This document shows positions 10,844 through 19,958 of a stretch of 64,000 bases of DNA, in pieces (the stretch's first letter is position 1; every line of letters begins with the position of its first letter). The notes under the pieces were generated by a model that saw only the letters and a program-made list of their open reading frames with translations, did no database searches and was not told the DNA's origin. This stretch comes from an uncultured Gammaproteobacteria bacterium. Its GTDB lineage: Bacteria > Pseudomonadota > Gammaproteobacteria > JASBUN01. The position numbers and the translations under genes were made by a program. The stretch is from positions 19,416-83,415 of the forward strand of contig CAWKIK010000002.1 of the NCBI GenBank assembly GCA_963849825.1, read 5' to 3'.

Positions 10844-11593
10844 CTAAGCGGTCAAGTACTCAAACAGCTGCAACCAATCTTGTCTATCCAGATGGCGAAA
10901 TTCGGCTATGAATAAAAGCTGGCGCGAAGGGCAAGGTCGGAGTGCGCACACCGTATCGCTAGGCCCTCGATGCGAGCAACTGCATGATTCCTGCGTACGA
11001 CAGCTCGTCATAGTAGTACGCCTCTGATAGCAGCCGATCATAGGTGCTCCAGTGCATGTGCTTAGGCTTGTCCGGGATAAAACTCGTCGTACGGATCGCC
11101 GCCTAGCAGTCTGAACGATCTTCCGGCTGCGCCTAGCTGCCCGTTCGTACACGCTCTCATTTTGGCTCGGATAGGCAAGATGGTGACAGTGCCGACAGGC
11201 GAACACTCCGCCGCCGTAGAGAACAGCAACCCGACGCGCCACAGCCTGAGGCAGGACAGAGAAACCACGGCCTGCTGTCCTCCATAGTTGCAACGCGGTC
11301 CAATCCAGATAAACGGGATAGTTCTTATCCTGCCATTCTCCGCCGTTGCGGTGACGATAAATTAGAAACACGCGGTCGGTTTCTGTTCGCACACGTATAT
11401 CGCCAATGCGCTCGCCTTCGCGTGTCCATTGCCATGCGAAATATTGACCCGGCGTTAATCTTCCCTTCCCGGTGCCAGCGTCTAACATCGATGCTGAGGT
11501 AATCTGCCGTTGTGTTCTTAGCACCCCAGCGCCAACGGTTCCCGCTACCGATCCCGCCCATATCGCTCCCTCAGATTTTGCCGAAATCATCAA
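10844..11593 (-). pseudogene. hypothetical island protein, probably frameshifted
   Basis: Protein-like segments (..VFLIYRHRNGGEWQDKNYPVYLDWTALQLW..CRHCHHLAYPSQNESVYERAARR..) are spread over at least two frames. ORFs 11325-11561 and 11062-11268 read as alternative-frame pieces. The C-terminal ~90 aa of the long frame is low-complexity S/R/C-rich and unlikely to be native. Confidence 0.35.
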
Positions 11594-11849
11594 TCAAATT
11601 CGTTTCCCAGTTCCTTGACTATGCGGCTCGAAAAACTTTTTTTCGGGGCATTTATCAAACCAAAGCTATGCCGCCGGTGCCACAAGCTGCGCTATAAACT
11701 TTCGACCCTCCCCCGGCCTGGACTTGACCGGCACAAGGCAAATAAAGACGGACATCCATTAGATTCCTGTCGCTAACGGAAAACGGGAACGCGAATTACC
11801 GGCACGCTTTGGCTCCGGGAAGGACCCGAATTCCGTCCGGTCGCTTCGT

Positions 11850-12515
11850 TCACTGCTTTGCTCCTGAAGATTGGTGGGTACTGCCTGGTATACTTCTAGA
11901 AAGGTGGTCGGACTCCGACCTAGTGGAATGCTCAAATGGGGCGTTATTGGGTCGGACTCCGGGCATGTCTGGGTCGGACTCCGTCCTAGTTCCCGCGCTA
12001 ACTGGGTCGGACTCCGTCCTAGTCTGGGTCGGAATCCGGGTATCAGATTTTAATTTTCGTCTCGCTTTCTTCTTGGCCTTGTACTTCGTGTACCACTCTG
12101 GCTCCTGCCAATCCGATTGGCGGGCTTGCCAGGTTCTAGGTGCCACCACATCCGGCTTCACATCTAGCTTGCCGTCGCATTCATCAATCGGCTTGAACGT
12201 GACGCCGTACAGATAGCAGAGTTTCGTATCCTTTTGTCCCTGCCGGGTCTGCATCACGATCCCGTAGTGCAAGAGTTCGTCCAGTGCTAACGCGAGAGTC
12301 TGCTTAGATTTCCAGTTGCGCTTGCGCATTACGGAGATAGTGGCGCTGAAGTCTCCGTTGTTGTGTCCGTTGTATTCGCTGTACATGTCTATGAACAGCT
12401 TCAATGCACGAGCGCTGAGCCGTTTGAAATTATCATGCGTCAGGAGTTCGTGCGGGAGTGCGACGAATGTCGGACCATTAGCTCGCCCCTTACTCTTAGC
12501 TCGGTTCCATCCCAT
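11850..12515 (-). CDS. hypothetical protein with C-terminal TRTESDP repeats (possible replication/ori-binding protein)
   Basis: 221 aa. N-terminal region FVALPHELL...LSARALKLFIDMYSEYNG resembles phage/plasmid replication-regulatory proteins. Its 3' end encodes the tandem DNA repeats 11905-12038. Confidence 0.5.
   Translation of the reverse strand: MGWNRAKSKGRANGPTFVALPHELLTHDNFKRLSARALKLFIDMYSEYNGHNNGDFSATISVMRKRNWKSKQTLALALDELLHYGIVMQTRQGQKDTKLCYLYGVTFKPIDECDGKLDVKPDVVAPRTWQARQSDWQEPEWYTKYKAKKKARRKLKSDTRIPTQTRTESDPVSAGTRTESDPDMPGVRPNNAPFEHSTRSESDHLSRSIPGSTHQSSGAKQ
11905..12038. repeat. iteron-like direct repeat array (5 copies of GGGTCGGACTCCG core, 22-bp unit CTGGGTCGGACTCCGTCCTAGT)
   Basis: Core copies start at 11905, 11949, 11971, 12004 and 12026. 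Spacings of 44, 22, 33 and 22 bp are all multiples of 11, i.e. helical phasing. Confidence 0.75.
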
Positions 12516-12678
12516 AGCTAGTGTCCCAACCGCAATATGAACTGGTAGGCTCCCCAGAGTTCCGGCAAGGTCATATACGCAAGATCAGCGTAAACGCCCA
12601 AGTGTGCATAGCGAATCGCTAGCATTTCGAGATCAAGCAACCATTCGAGGGATAGCAGGTATTCCGGAACGCTGGCGG

Positions 12679-13035
12679 TCATTGTATGCAAGCCTCCGCC
12701 TTTTGTTTCGCAAGTCGGAAGTTGCTTGGTCTACGCTTTTTCTTCCGCACTCCGCAGATTGGGGCCATCTCTAAAACAAAGGCTCGCCCCCTACCTTGGA
12801 CGTAGGCTTCGCCGGTTAGGACTCGCAGACCCCTCTCTAGCGAAACGGATTTGCGAATGGCGGCGAGTTTTTGATTGCTCAGCGGAGTTAGATCGGGACC
12901 GATGAACCACACATCATAAGTGCCGTCATCGAATTGAGAGATTCTGCCCCACTTGCCGACGATGTGCTGTTCGCCGTCGATGACATGAAAGGCGGACCTG
13001 CTGAAGTCGTTTATAAAATCCCGTCGGATACTCAT
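12679..13035 (-). CDS. hypothetical island protein
   Basis: ORF 12679-13062; the internal Met MSIRRDFINDF... is the likely start and abuts alpA. No recognisable domain. Confidence 0.4.
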   Translation of the reverse strand: MSIRRDFINDFSRSAFHVIDGEQHIVGKWGRISQFDDGTYDVWFIGPDLTPLSNQKLAAIRKSVSLERGLRVLTGEAYVQGRGRAFVLEMAPICGVRKKKRRPSNFRLAKQKAEACIQ

Positions 13036-13229
13036 CCTGCCTCCCGACGGCTTTGCAGCCATTGCTCGAAATCGGCTTCGTCATAGCCAACCGAGTTCGG
13101 ACCTAATCGAATGAGTCGGGGGAAATCGGGAAGTTTTCTCCAGCGCCATTCCGTGGCATGGGAGATATTGCCCGCGCGAGCGCGCAGCTCCTTGGGGCGG
13201 ATTATTCGGGTAGGTTTCTTCAGTGACAC
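13032..13229 (-). CDS. alpA: AlpA-family phage transcriptional regulator / excisionase-like DNA-binding protein
   Basis: 65 aa with LRARAGNISHATEWRWRKLPDFPRLIRLGPNSVGYDEADFEQW. Matches the AlpA pattern of an HTH followed by a conserved W, and sits near the integrase. Confidence 0.8.
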   Translation of the reverse strand: MSLKKPTRIIRPKELRARAGNISHATEWRWRKLPDFPRLIRLGPNSVGYDEADFEQWLQSRREAG

Positions 13230-13643
13230 GGCTAACTCTCCTTTTCAGGGTTGTTAGCCGGTTAAGGCGGGCTTGACTCAGTGCGCGCGGCGCGCAAGAA
13301 TCGGTCTTGGAGGAACCTTGCCCTAACCGGCTTGGTTTGCGAATACGCCCCACCTTGTGCTCTGCCAGGCCTTGGTGGGGTTTTTCGTATACGCGGTTCG
13401 GTTTTCTAACTTTCTAGCTATCCCATATCTTGTGTATGCATGAAACTTATAAACAGGATGTAAAAACCCTGTCAACACCGCACGCGAGTGTATTTATTTT
13501 AGTAAAATCAGTAACGTATGGTTATTCTCCGTTAAATCATGCGGATAGCGCAGACGGGCCTGTGCGTGCATACACCACAATATATTGTGGTCTTTGCCTC
13601 TAATGCCCCGCAGTGGCGCTTGTTAACCATTTGGCCCATTGAT

Positions 13644-14829
13644 TCAATGCCTTACGCTTTTCTGAAAATAGTCGTGCTGGTTATAGGCGCGTTCCAGTTT
13701 GTTTGCGGGAAGGTGGTTTAGTACCCGTTCTATATGCTCGCCGGGTACTTTCAGCGCCCGCATCTGCGTCGATACCGTGCGCCGTAGATCATGTGGCGTG
13801 AACTGACCAACGCCGAAGCTCTCCAGGTTGCGCGACACCGCTCGCGTTAACGACATTGGCGTGACGTGTTCCTTTCCAGTAGGCGAGGGCATAACGTAAC
13901 GGCTACGGCCCGCGTGTTTCCTCAATTCCTTAAGCAGGCGTATTGCTATCGCTGGCAACGGTAGCTCGTGCGTGCGCCCGTTCTTCGTTTTCTCACTGGG
14001 TATCGTCCACACCCTCTTGTCGAAGTCGATCTCGGACCATTCAGCGGTTGCGATCTCGACTCTCCGCAATCCGAGTACGAGCAATAATCTCAACGCTGCA
14101 ACAGTCGGCTTGGATATCTCTGTATCGTCAATTCTGTTCCAGAACTTCTTGATTTCGGCCTTCGATAACACGCGCTCGCGTGGCTTCTCTTTTCCGCCAG
14201 GACGTCGAATCAAGACACAAGGCGTATCGTCTCGGTATCCCGTCCGACTGAGAATGCGAACATCTGCGATATGAGTGCATAGGTGCGATTCGCCATTACA
14301 GGGGAACCACGATCGACGATTCGATCCAACAGGCTCACCACTCGCGGCGGGTAATGTCTTTAACCTTGCGGTCTTTCCACTCGGGTCACAACATCGCGAT
14401 CAAATACCGCTTGCGCATACTCTGGACGCTTACGGTGCGGCGATACCTCACGCTGCATAAACTCTTTAACCAGTTCCCCTACAGTGTCGGCGTGCAGTTC
14501 TTCTAAATGCGCCTGTCGCGCTCTCTCAGCCTCTATACGCTCGTTTTCCCTTGGGTCGATACCCTGGGCTAACAAATCGCTTGTAATCCTGGTGGCGCAG
14601 CCGTGCGCTCGGCCAGCGTGATTACAGGATCATCGGCGGGCTTGTTCTTGTATAATCCGATTGTAAGCTTGACCAGCTTGCCAGACTGACGATGCTTGTA
14701 ACGGGTAATCCATGTTTTCGCCCCGCTGGGTGAGACTCTTACGCCGAAACCCTGTTCGCCATCTGAATAGATTTCGTATCGAGCGGCTTTAGGTTTGAGT
14801 GCGTCGATCTGCTTCGCTGTAAACGCCAT
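13644..14829 (-). pseudogene. int: P4-type tyrosine integrase, disrupted (three reading frames)
   Basis: N-terminal DUF4102-like part MAFTAKQIDALKPKAARYEIYSDG (ORF 14569-14988), middle part (ORF 14360-14575), and catalytic C-terminus with HDLRRT and a terminal Tyr (ORF 13644-14213) lie in three different frames, separated by a stop-containing gap at 14214-14359. Confidence 0.8.
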
Positions 14830-14974
14830 TTTCCCACCTGGGGTACACCTGGGGTACACCTGATATGGTGGCAGGCGTATGAAAACCAGTGCAACCTTAT
14901 GGAATGCGGAAATGCTGCTATTACAGGCTAAAACCGTTACGAATGTGGAGTGAAAATATGAAAGTGAAGACTGA

Positions 14975-15022
14975 TGCATGGCATGCAAGAGGTCGGCGGT
15001 TCGATCCCGCCTAGCTCCACCA
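14975..15022 (+). repeat. attR-like direct repeat (displaced 3' 48 nt of tRNA-Ala)
   Basis: Exact copy of 8266-8313 (TGCATGGCATGCAAGAGGTCGGCGGTTCGATCCCGCCTAGCTCCACCA). Confidence 0.85.
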
Positions 15023-15056
15023 TCTTCCGCGGGTTCCCAGGCCCGTACTTCCTGAA

Positions 15057-15245
15057 ATGGACAAGCATCTCGGCCGATACACTGTGTTCGCAGGCGTCGC
15101 GCTCATCGCGGCTGGCCTGATACTCGGTTTCGGTGCCATGTTCTTCGCCCCCGGCAGTACCCTGGTAAAAGCGATCGCGCTCATCCCGCTCGGCTTCGTC
15201 GTGCTGCTCACCGGGACGGTTGTGGCGCTTTTGGGCGGTCGCTGA
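15057..15245 (+). CDS. small hydrophobic membrane protein (hypothetical)
   Basis: 62 aa with two predicted TM helices. Overlaps the 3' end of the convergent LTD gene, so coding status is uncertain. Confidence 0.3.
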   Translation: MDKHLGRYTVFAGVALIAAGLILGFGAMFFAPGSTLVKAIALIPLGFVVLLTGTVVALLGGR

Positions 15246-15969
15246 TCCCCCGCGCCGCGCGCTCGTACCGGCGCAGCGCGGTGCAAACTGCCAACAGACC
15301 GAGCCCGAACAAACTGACTGCAGAAGGCTCGTCTATGCCGCGTATGACGGGTGCGGTTACGGGGCGCGGGCAGGACGAGGCCGCCGCCTCATTGCCATAC
15401 CCCGGCGTGCTGCAAGCAAGCGCGAAATCGACGGCGTTACGACCGCTGTCGATCCCGTTGGGCAAGCGCGCCAGACTTAGATTCGCGTCGCGATTGCTGT
15501 CCGCTGCGGCCGGGCCGGCGCCGCCACCCACGCCGGGAATGTCGCCCTCATAGATGAAGCTGTCGACCACCTGCGCGCCGAATAGTAATGCGATGGCATC
15601 CGGAGCGCCGTTCTGGATCAGATTGGCGTCGGGCGACGTGTCCTGATTGCAGTTGACCACTTCTTGGCGATTGCCGCACAGAACGTAGTACTCGTCGCTG
15701 AGTAGCATCATCGGCGCCAGTGGCAGGGTCCGATAGGTCGCTCCGGTGCTGCCATTGATCAGCACGAGCGTGTAACCGGTCAACGATGTCGCAATTCCAC
15801 TATTGAACAATTCGATGAACTCGCCGGTGTCCGCGCCCGGCTGATCGTAATCCACCTCGTTGATGATCACGCCCGCCGAAACCAGATTGCTGCAGCCGCA
15901 GATCAGTGCAATGCTCATGCAACGTCCTGGCAAGCGGGCGGCGCCGCGGTGTATGGGATTTGCGTCCAT
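15208..15969 (-). CDS. lamin-tail-domain (LTD) protein with PEP-CTERM-like C-terminal sorting signal
   Basis: INEVDYDQPGADTGEFIELFN...LVLINGS matches the LTD signature. C-terminal DEPSAVSLFGLGLLAVCTALRR is a PEP-like motif, TM segment and basic residues. AAGGAG RBS lies 9 nt upstream of ATG 15969. Confidence 0.65.
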   Translation of the reverse strand: MDANPIHRGAARLPGRCMSIALICGCSNLVSAGVIINEVDYDQPGADTGEFIELFNSGIATSLTGYTLVLINGSTGATYRTLPLAPMMLLSDEYYVLCGNRQEVVNCNQDTSPDANLIQNGAPDAIALLFGAQVVDSFIYEGDIPGVGGGAGPAAADSNRDANLSLARLPNGIDSGRNAVDFALACSTPGYGNEAAASSCPRPVTAPVIRGIDEPSAVSLFGLGLLAVCTALRRYERAARGISDRPKAPQPSR

Positions 15970-16142
15970 GCGATGGCGCTCCTTGTGATTCGATCATTGG
16001 AGCACATAGGGTAGGGGTATCCGACCCGCGCAAGCTATGGACTTAGGATTACGGAGACGTCAGTTGGTGCTGACTTCGCGTGTAGGATTTTTCTGACGAA
16101 GGTGGAATCGCCAGCCCGGGGCACCGGGCTGGCCAATGCAGT

Positions 16143-16439
16143 TCAGTGCGTATCGAAAGTCAGGCAACGCACGGTACCGCCTTTCATGCCGACGTCGATA
16201 CTGTCGGCCATACATTCGAAATCGTCGTTGTGACTGCAGGATGTGACTTTGCACGCGCCCACGCCCGCCATACGTTTCGCTTCCCGGGTATGGCCGGCGG
16301 AATCCATATAGGTGTCGCAGCCGGGATGGGTGCCGTCTCCGACCGTGATGGCGCGCGCGTGGCAGCAAGCATCCACGTTGTAAGCGCATTCGGTTGCCGC
16401 GCACTCTGAAACCATTGGCATTTCGATGGTCATTTGCAT
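16143..16439 (-). CDS. DUF1540-family Cys-rich small protein
   Basis: CAATECAYNVDACCHARAITVGDGTHPGCDTYM plus a second Cys cluster (CKVTSCSHNDDFEC). AAGGAGG RBS 7 nt upstream of ATG 16439; the tool ORF extends further 5'. Confidence 0.6.
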   Translation of the reverse strand: MQMTIEMPMVSECAATECAYNVDACCHARAITVGDGTHPGCDTYMDSAGHTREAKRMAGVGACKVTSCSHNDDFECMADSIDVGMKGGTVRCLTFDTH

Positions 16440-16597
16440 GATAGACCTCCTTCGCGCGTCCTTTTGGGGTGGGGTCAAATCGTAACTTGACACTAGTTCG
16501 TAGCGACACCCTGTCAAGCCCCCGTACTGCGTGCTTCCGGCGTTGTTCTAGGCTTCGAGGGACCGGATGCGCATTACCATGAGACAAGGAGGGAGCC

Positions 16598-17686
16598 ATG
16601 TATACGACACGTACAGTGCAACGAATTCGCCGCTCGGTGCTTGCGGCGGCCATAAGCGCAGTGTGGATCGGCGGTTCCGCAGTCGCGGCCGATCAGCCTG
16701 CAGACTCGATGATCAAGGCGCGCGCGCAGCTGCTCAACGCCGAGATCAAGAACCGCCAGGGCGAGGATTTGGGCGAAATCGAAGAATTGGTCTTGGATAA
16801 GACCGGCAAAATCAAATACGTGGTGATTTCCCACGGCGGGTTTCTTGATATCGGCGACAAAGTAGTTGCGGTGCCGTGGCAGCCGAGCCGGATTTCTTTC
16901 GACGAGGACCACGTAGTCATGGATGTTACCCGAGCGCAGTTGGCGGAAGCGCCCGCCTTTGAGAAAGACGAGTGGCCTGACATGAGCGCGCAGGAATGGG
17001 AAACGAAGGAGCGCACGTTCACCGACCGCTATGCAGCAAAGCACGAAGTCAATGCGCCAGACACGAAAGTTTCGTTCGAAAGCTTGGACACGAACCGCGA
17101 CGGGCATGTGAGCAAGGAGGAAGCGCAGGCGGAAAAAGCGATCAATGCGCGCTTCGCGAAGTTGGACCGCAATGACGACGGCAAGTTGTCGCAGTGGGAA
17201 TTCAACGCCTATCGGCAGCCGGCTGGAATGGCGGCAGCCGAGCCGTCCGAAAGTCCAAGCGAGCAGGCGCGCGCGTCGCTGACGCCGGAACAGCAAAAGC
17301 AGCGCGAAAGTATTGCGCAGTCCAGCGAACAGCAGAACGTCACCAAGGACGCAAAAACCGACAGCAAGGCCTCCAAGGGTGGTGGCAATACCGGAAAGTC
17401 CGCCGGTCAGACTGCCAAGGACAGCGAACCGGGTTCAGAACAGCAACGCATGCAGTTCGGGCAATTGGATAGCGACTCCAACGGTCAACTCGATCGCAAG
17501 GAAGCCAAGGCGTCTAACGAGTTAGACCGAAAATTTTCCGAATTCGATCGCAACAGCGACGGCAAGATCGACCGCGCCGAATTCAGTGCCTTCGAAAACG
17601 CGGACACGGGGTCGGCGAAAAATCAACAACAGCATCAGGACCAGCAACCGAAGCCGGAAAGCGGTGGCGATCAATCCCCGCGATAA
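16598..17686 (+). CDS. secreted PRC-barrel domain protein with four EF-hand-like calcium-binding loops
   Basis: Signal peptide. PRC-barrel-like LLNAEIKNRQGEDLGEIEELVLDKTGKIKYVVISHGG. EF-hand-like loops DTNRDGHVSKEE, DRNDDGKLSQWE, DSDSNGQLDRKE, DRNSDGKIDRAE. Acidic and Q-rich low-complexity tail. Confidence 0.7.
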   Translation: MYTTRTVQRIRRSVLAAAISAVWIGGSAVAADQPADSMIKARAQLLNAEIKNRQGEDLGEIEELVLDKTGKIKYVVISHGGFLDIGDKVVAVPWQPSRISFDEDHVVMDVTRAQLAEAPAFEKDEWPDMSAQEWETKERTFTDRYAAKHEVNAPDTKVSFESLDTNRDGHVSKEEAQAEKAINARFAKLDRNDDGKLSQWEFNAYRQPAGMAAAEPSESPSEQARASLTPEQQKQRESIAQSSEQQNVTKDAKTDSKASKGGGNTGKSAGQTAKDSEPGSEQQRMQFGQLDSDSNGQLDRKEAKASNELDRKFSEFDRNSDGKIDRAEFSAFENADTGSAKNQQQHQDQQPKPESGGDQSPR

Positions 17687-17834
17687 GATTGGACCGCGGG
17701 CCCGGCCGGGCACCGCCGGCGCCCGCGGTACTGACGATTGAACTGAATCCTCCACTTGTCCGTCCCGGAACCGGACGCGGCAACGCGCCGTGGACTACCA
17801 TTGCGCTCGCGTCATCCCCACTTCGGTTCCGACG

Positions 17835-19787
17835 ATGTTCATGTATCTGATACTCGTTTACGCAGCCGCTTCGCTGCTCGCCACCATTGCCGCGCGGCGG
17901 CTCGGGCTGTCACCCATTGCCGGCTACCTCATGGTCGGCGTGGTCATGGGACCGGATCTGCTCGGTTGGGTGCACGACTCCGATGGCATACAGCAAGTTG
18001 CCGAAATCGGTGTGCTGTTCCTCATGTTTACCATCGGGCTGGAATTTTCGTTGCCGCGGTTGCTGGCCGAGCGCTCCATGGTGCTTGGCACAGGCGGCCT
18101 GCAGGTGGTCGCCACAACGACGCTATTTGCACTGTGCGCATGGGCGTTCGGCCTATCTCCCGTCGCGGCTGTCGCGGTGGCGGCCGCACTCGCCATGTCC
18201 TCCACCGCCATTGCCAGCAGGCAACTGCTGGAACGGGGCGAGCTACATACCGGCCTTGGGCGTGCGGCAATCGCCGTGCTGCTGTTCCAGGATTTGGCCA
18301 CCGTGTTGGTGTTGCTGCTGTTGCCGGTGCTTCCCGGCGCGTCGCCGATGGAACTGGCAGTCAAAGCCGGCTGGGTCCTGTTCCGGGGAATTCTGGTGTT
18401 CGCCGGTCTTCTGGTGATCGGACGCTGGGTGGTGCGCCCGGCTTTCCGCAGGGTTGCATTGCTGCGTTCCCCGGAGATTTTCATGCTTGCGGTTATCCTC
18501 GCCAGTCTGGGTGCCGCGAGTATCGCGCAGATCGCCGGCCTGTCCCCGGCGCTCGGTGCGTTTCTGGCCGGGATGGTATTGGGCGAGACCGAGTTCCGCC
18601 ATCAGGTGGAATCCGATATCCGGCCATTCCAGGATGTACTGCTGGGTCTGTTCTTCGTCGCGGTCGGTACCTTGCTGGATTTGAAGGTGCTCGTCGCTCA
18701 ATGGCCGCTGGTCCTTGGCGTGACGTTAGCGCTCATACTCGGCAAAGCTGTGATTACTGGAACCGTGGCTTGGCTGCGGGGTGTGGGGCGGGTTACTGCA
18801 CTACGGATGGGATTCGTTTTAGCGCAAGCCGGCGAATTCAGCCTCGTGGTGCTGTATCTGATGCGCGATCTGAATATTCTACAAGGGAACGCCAATCAGG
18901 TGGTGTTGAGCGCGGTCGTGCTGAGCATGATGGCGGCGCCTGTGTTGATCCGTTGGAACCTGCGCTGGGCCAGCCGCATCGCGTCGGGGGCGGACAGCGA
19001 CGGTATCGACGCATTACCTGCGCAAGTGACACCGCAAGGACACGTGATCGTGTGCGGGTACGGCCGCATCGGCCAAAACCTCGTGCGCCTGCTGGAGGAT
19101 CAAAACGTTCCCTACGTGTGTGTCGACCTCGATCCCGACCGTATCCGAGCAGCGTTGACCGCGGGTGAACAAGTAATGTACGGCGATGCGTCGCGCAGCG
19201 GCATTCTGGAGGCATGCCGCATCGGCAGTGCGCGTGCAGTGGTGATCAGCTTCGACGACCACGCCGCAGCGCTGAAAACCCTGGCGCGGATTCGAGATCA
19301 ATACCCCGAACTGCCGGTGCTGGTGCGTACCACTGACGAATCACATCTGGAGGCGTTGATCGAAGCAGGGGCCACCGATGCCGTGCCCGACACGCTCGAA
19401 GCCAGCCTGATGTTGGGAGCCCAGTTGTTATTGGTTCTCGGGGTTCAGGCAAAGGACATCAATCAGCGCACTGACGCCATCCGAGCGGACCGCTACAAAT
19501 TGCTGCGCGGCATGTTTCACGGCAAACGCTCGGCGTCGGTGGCAGGTGAACGCTTGCACGTGATCAGAATTCCGGACGGTGCTTATGCCACCCGCCGACG
19601 GCTGTCCGAACTGCAGTTGGAGCGCTACGAAGTGCAAATCGCCTCCGTACGTCGAAACGGTATCCGCGGCCCGGACCCGACGCCGGATACGCTGGTACGC
19701 AACGGCGATGTTTTGGTATTGCGCGGCAAGCCCAAGGGTCTGGTGCGCGCGGAACGCCGCATTTTGGTCGGTCAACGTTGGGATTGA
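17835..19787 (+). CDS. monovalent cation:proton antiporter-2 (CPA2) family, KefB/KefC-like with TrkA-N/RCK domains
   Basis: N-terminal Na+/H+ exchanger domain of ~12 TM helices. VIVCGYGRIGQNLVRLLED Rossmann (TrkA-N) motif and a C-terminal RCK-C-like region. Start taken at ATG 17835 (MFMYLIL). Confidence 0.85.
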   Translation: MFMYLILVYAAASLLATIAARRLGLSPIAGYLMVGVVMGPDLLGWVHDSDGIQQVAEIGVLFLMFTIGLEFSLPRLLAERSMVLGTGGLQVVATTTLFALCAWAFGLSPVAAVAVAAALAMSSTAIASRQLLERGELHTGLGRAAIAVLLFQDLATVLVLLLLPVLPGASPMELAVKAGWVLFRGILVFAGLLVIGRWVVRPAFRRVALLRSPEIFMLAVILASLGAASIAQIAGLSPALGAFLAGMVLGETEFRHQVESDIRPFQDVLLGLFFVAVGTLLDLKVLVAQWPLVLGVTLALILGKAVITGTVAWLRGVGRVTALRMGFVLAQAGEFSLVVLYLMRDLNILQGNANQVVLSAVVLSMMAAPVLIRWNLRWASRIASGADSDGIDALPAQVTPQGHVIVCGYGRIGQNLVRLLEDQNVPYVCVDLDPDRIRAALTAGEQVMYGDASRSGILEACRIGSARAVVISFDDHAAALKTLARIRDQYPELPVLVRTTDESHLEALIEAGATDAVPDTLEASLMLGAQLLLVLGVQAKDINQRTDAIRADRYKLLRGMFHGKRSASVAGERLHVIRIPDGAYATRRRLSELQLERYEVQIASVRRNGIRGPDPTPDTLVRNGDVLVLRGKPKGLVRAERRILVGQRWD

Positions 19788-19958
19788 GGCGGACTGCGCG
19801 GCGAGCCACATAACCCCGTTGCAGGGAGAGTCTTGATGCCATTGGGAGCCGTAGCCGGGTCCGCTCGGCCACTGCATTAGTCCATGTGACAACTATTCTA
19901 GAATTCTAGCGTTCGATTTCGGCGCAATAGCGCCGCACACGGAAAGAGGATTGCTCCA

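Larger units (their letters stand above)
8314..15022 (+). mobile_element. degenerate integrative island (P4/PICI-like) inserted at the 3' end of tRNA-Ala
   Basis: Flanked by a 48-nt direct repeat (tRNA 3' end 8266-8313 = 14975-15022). AT-rich leader 8314-8800. Cargo includes a serine recombinase, sulfotransferase, iteron array, AlpA and a tyrosine integrase. Confidence 0.8.

Noticed and set aside
13355-13395. CCCCACC...GGTGGGG + TTTTT terminator-like hairpin upstream of alpA
   Set aside because: It is oriented for a + strand transcript but no + strand gene precedes it, so its function is unclear and it is not listed as a feature.
16110-16133. Perfect GC hairpin GCCAGCCCGGggcaCCGGGCTGGC downstream of the DUF1540 gene
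   Set aside because: No U-tract on either strand follows, so it is not a canonical intrinsic terminator.
17756-19168. 470-aa ORF (+ strand, alternative frame) overlapping the KefB-like gene, plus similar long ORFs at 2340-3236, 34385-35431 and 43601-44413
   Set aside because: Arg/Ala/Gly-rich low-complexity translations in an alternative frame of clearly real membrane-protein genes. This is typical of high-GC frame artefacts.
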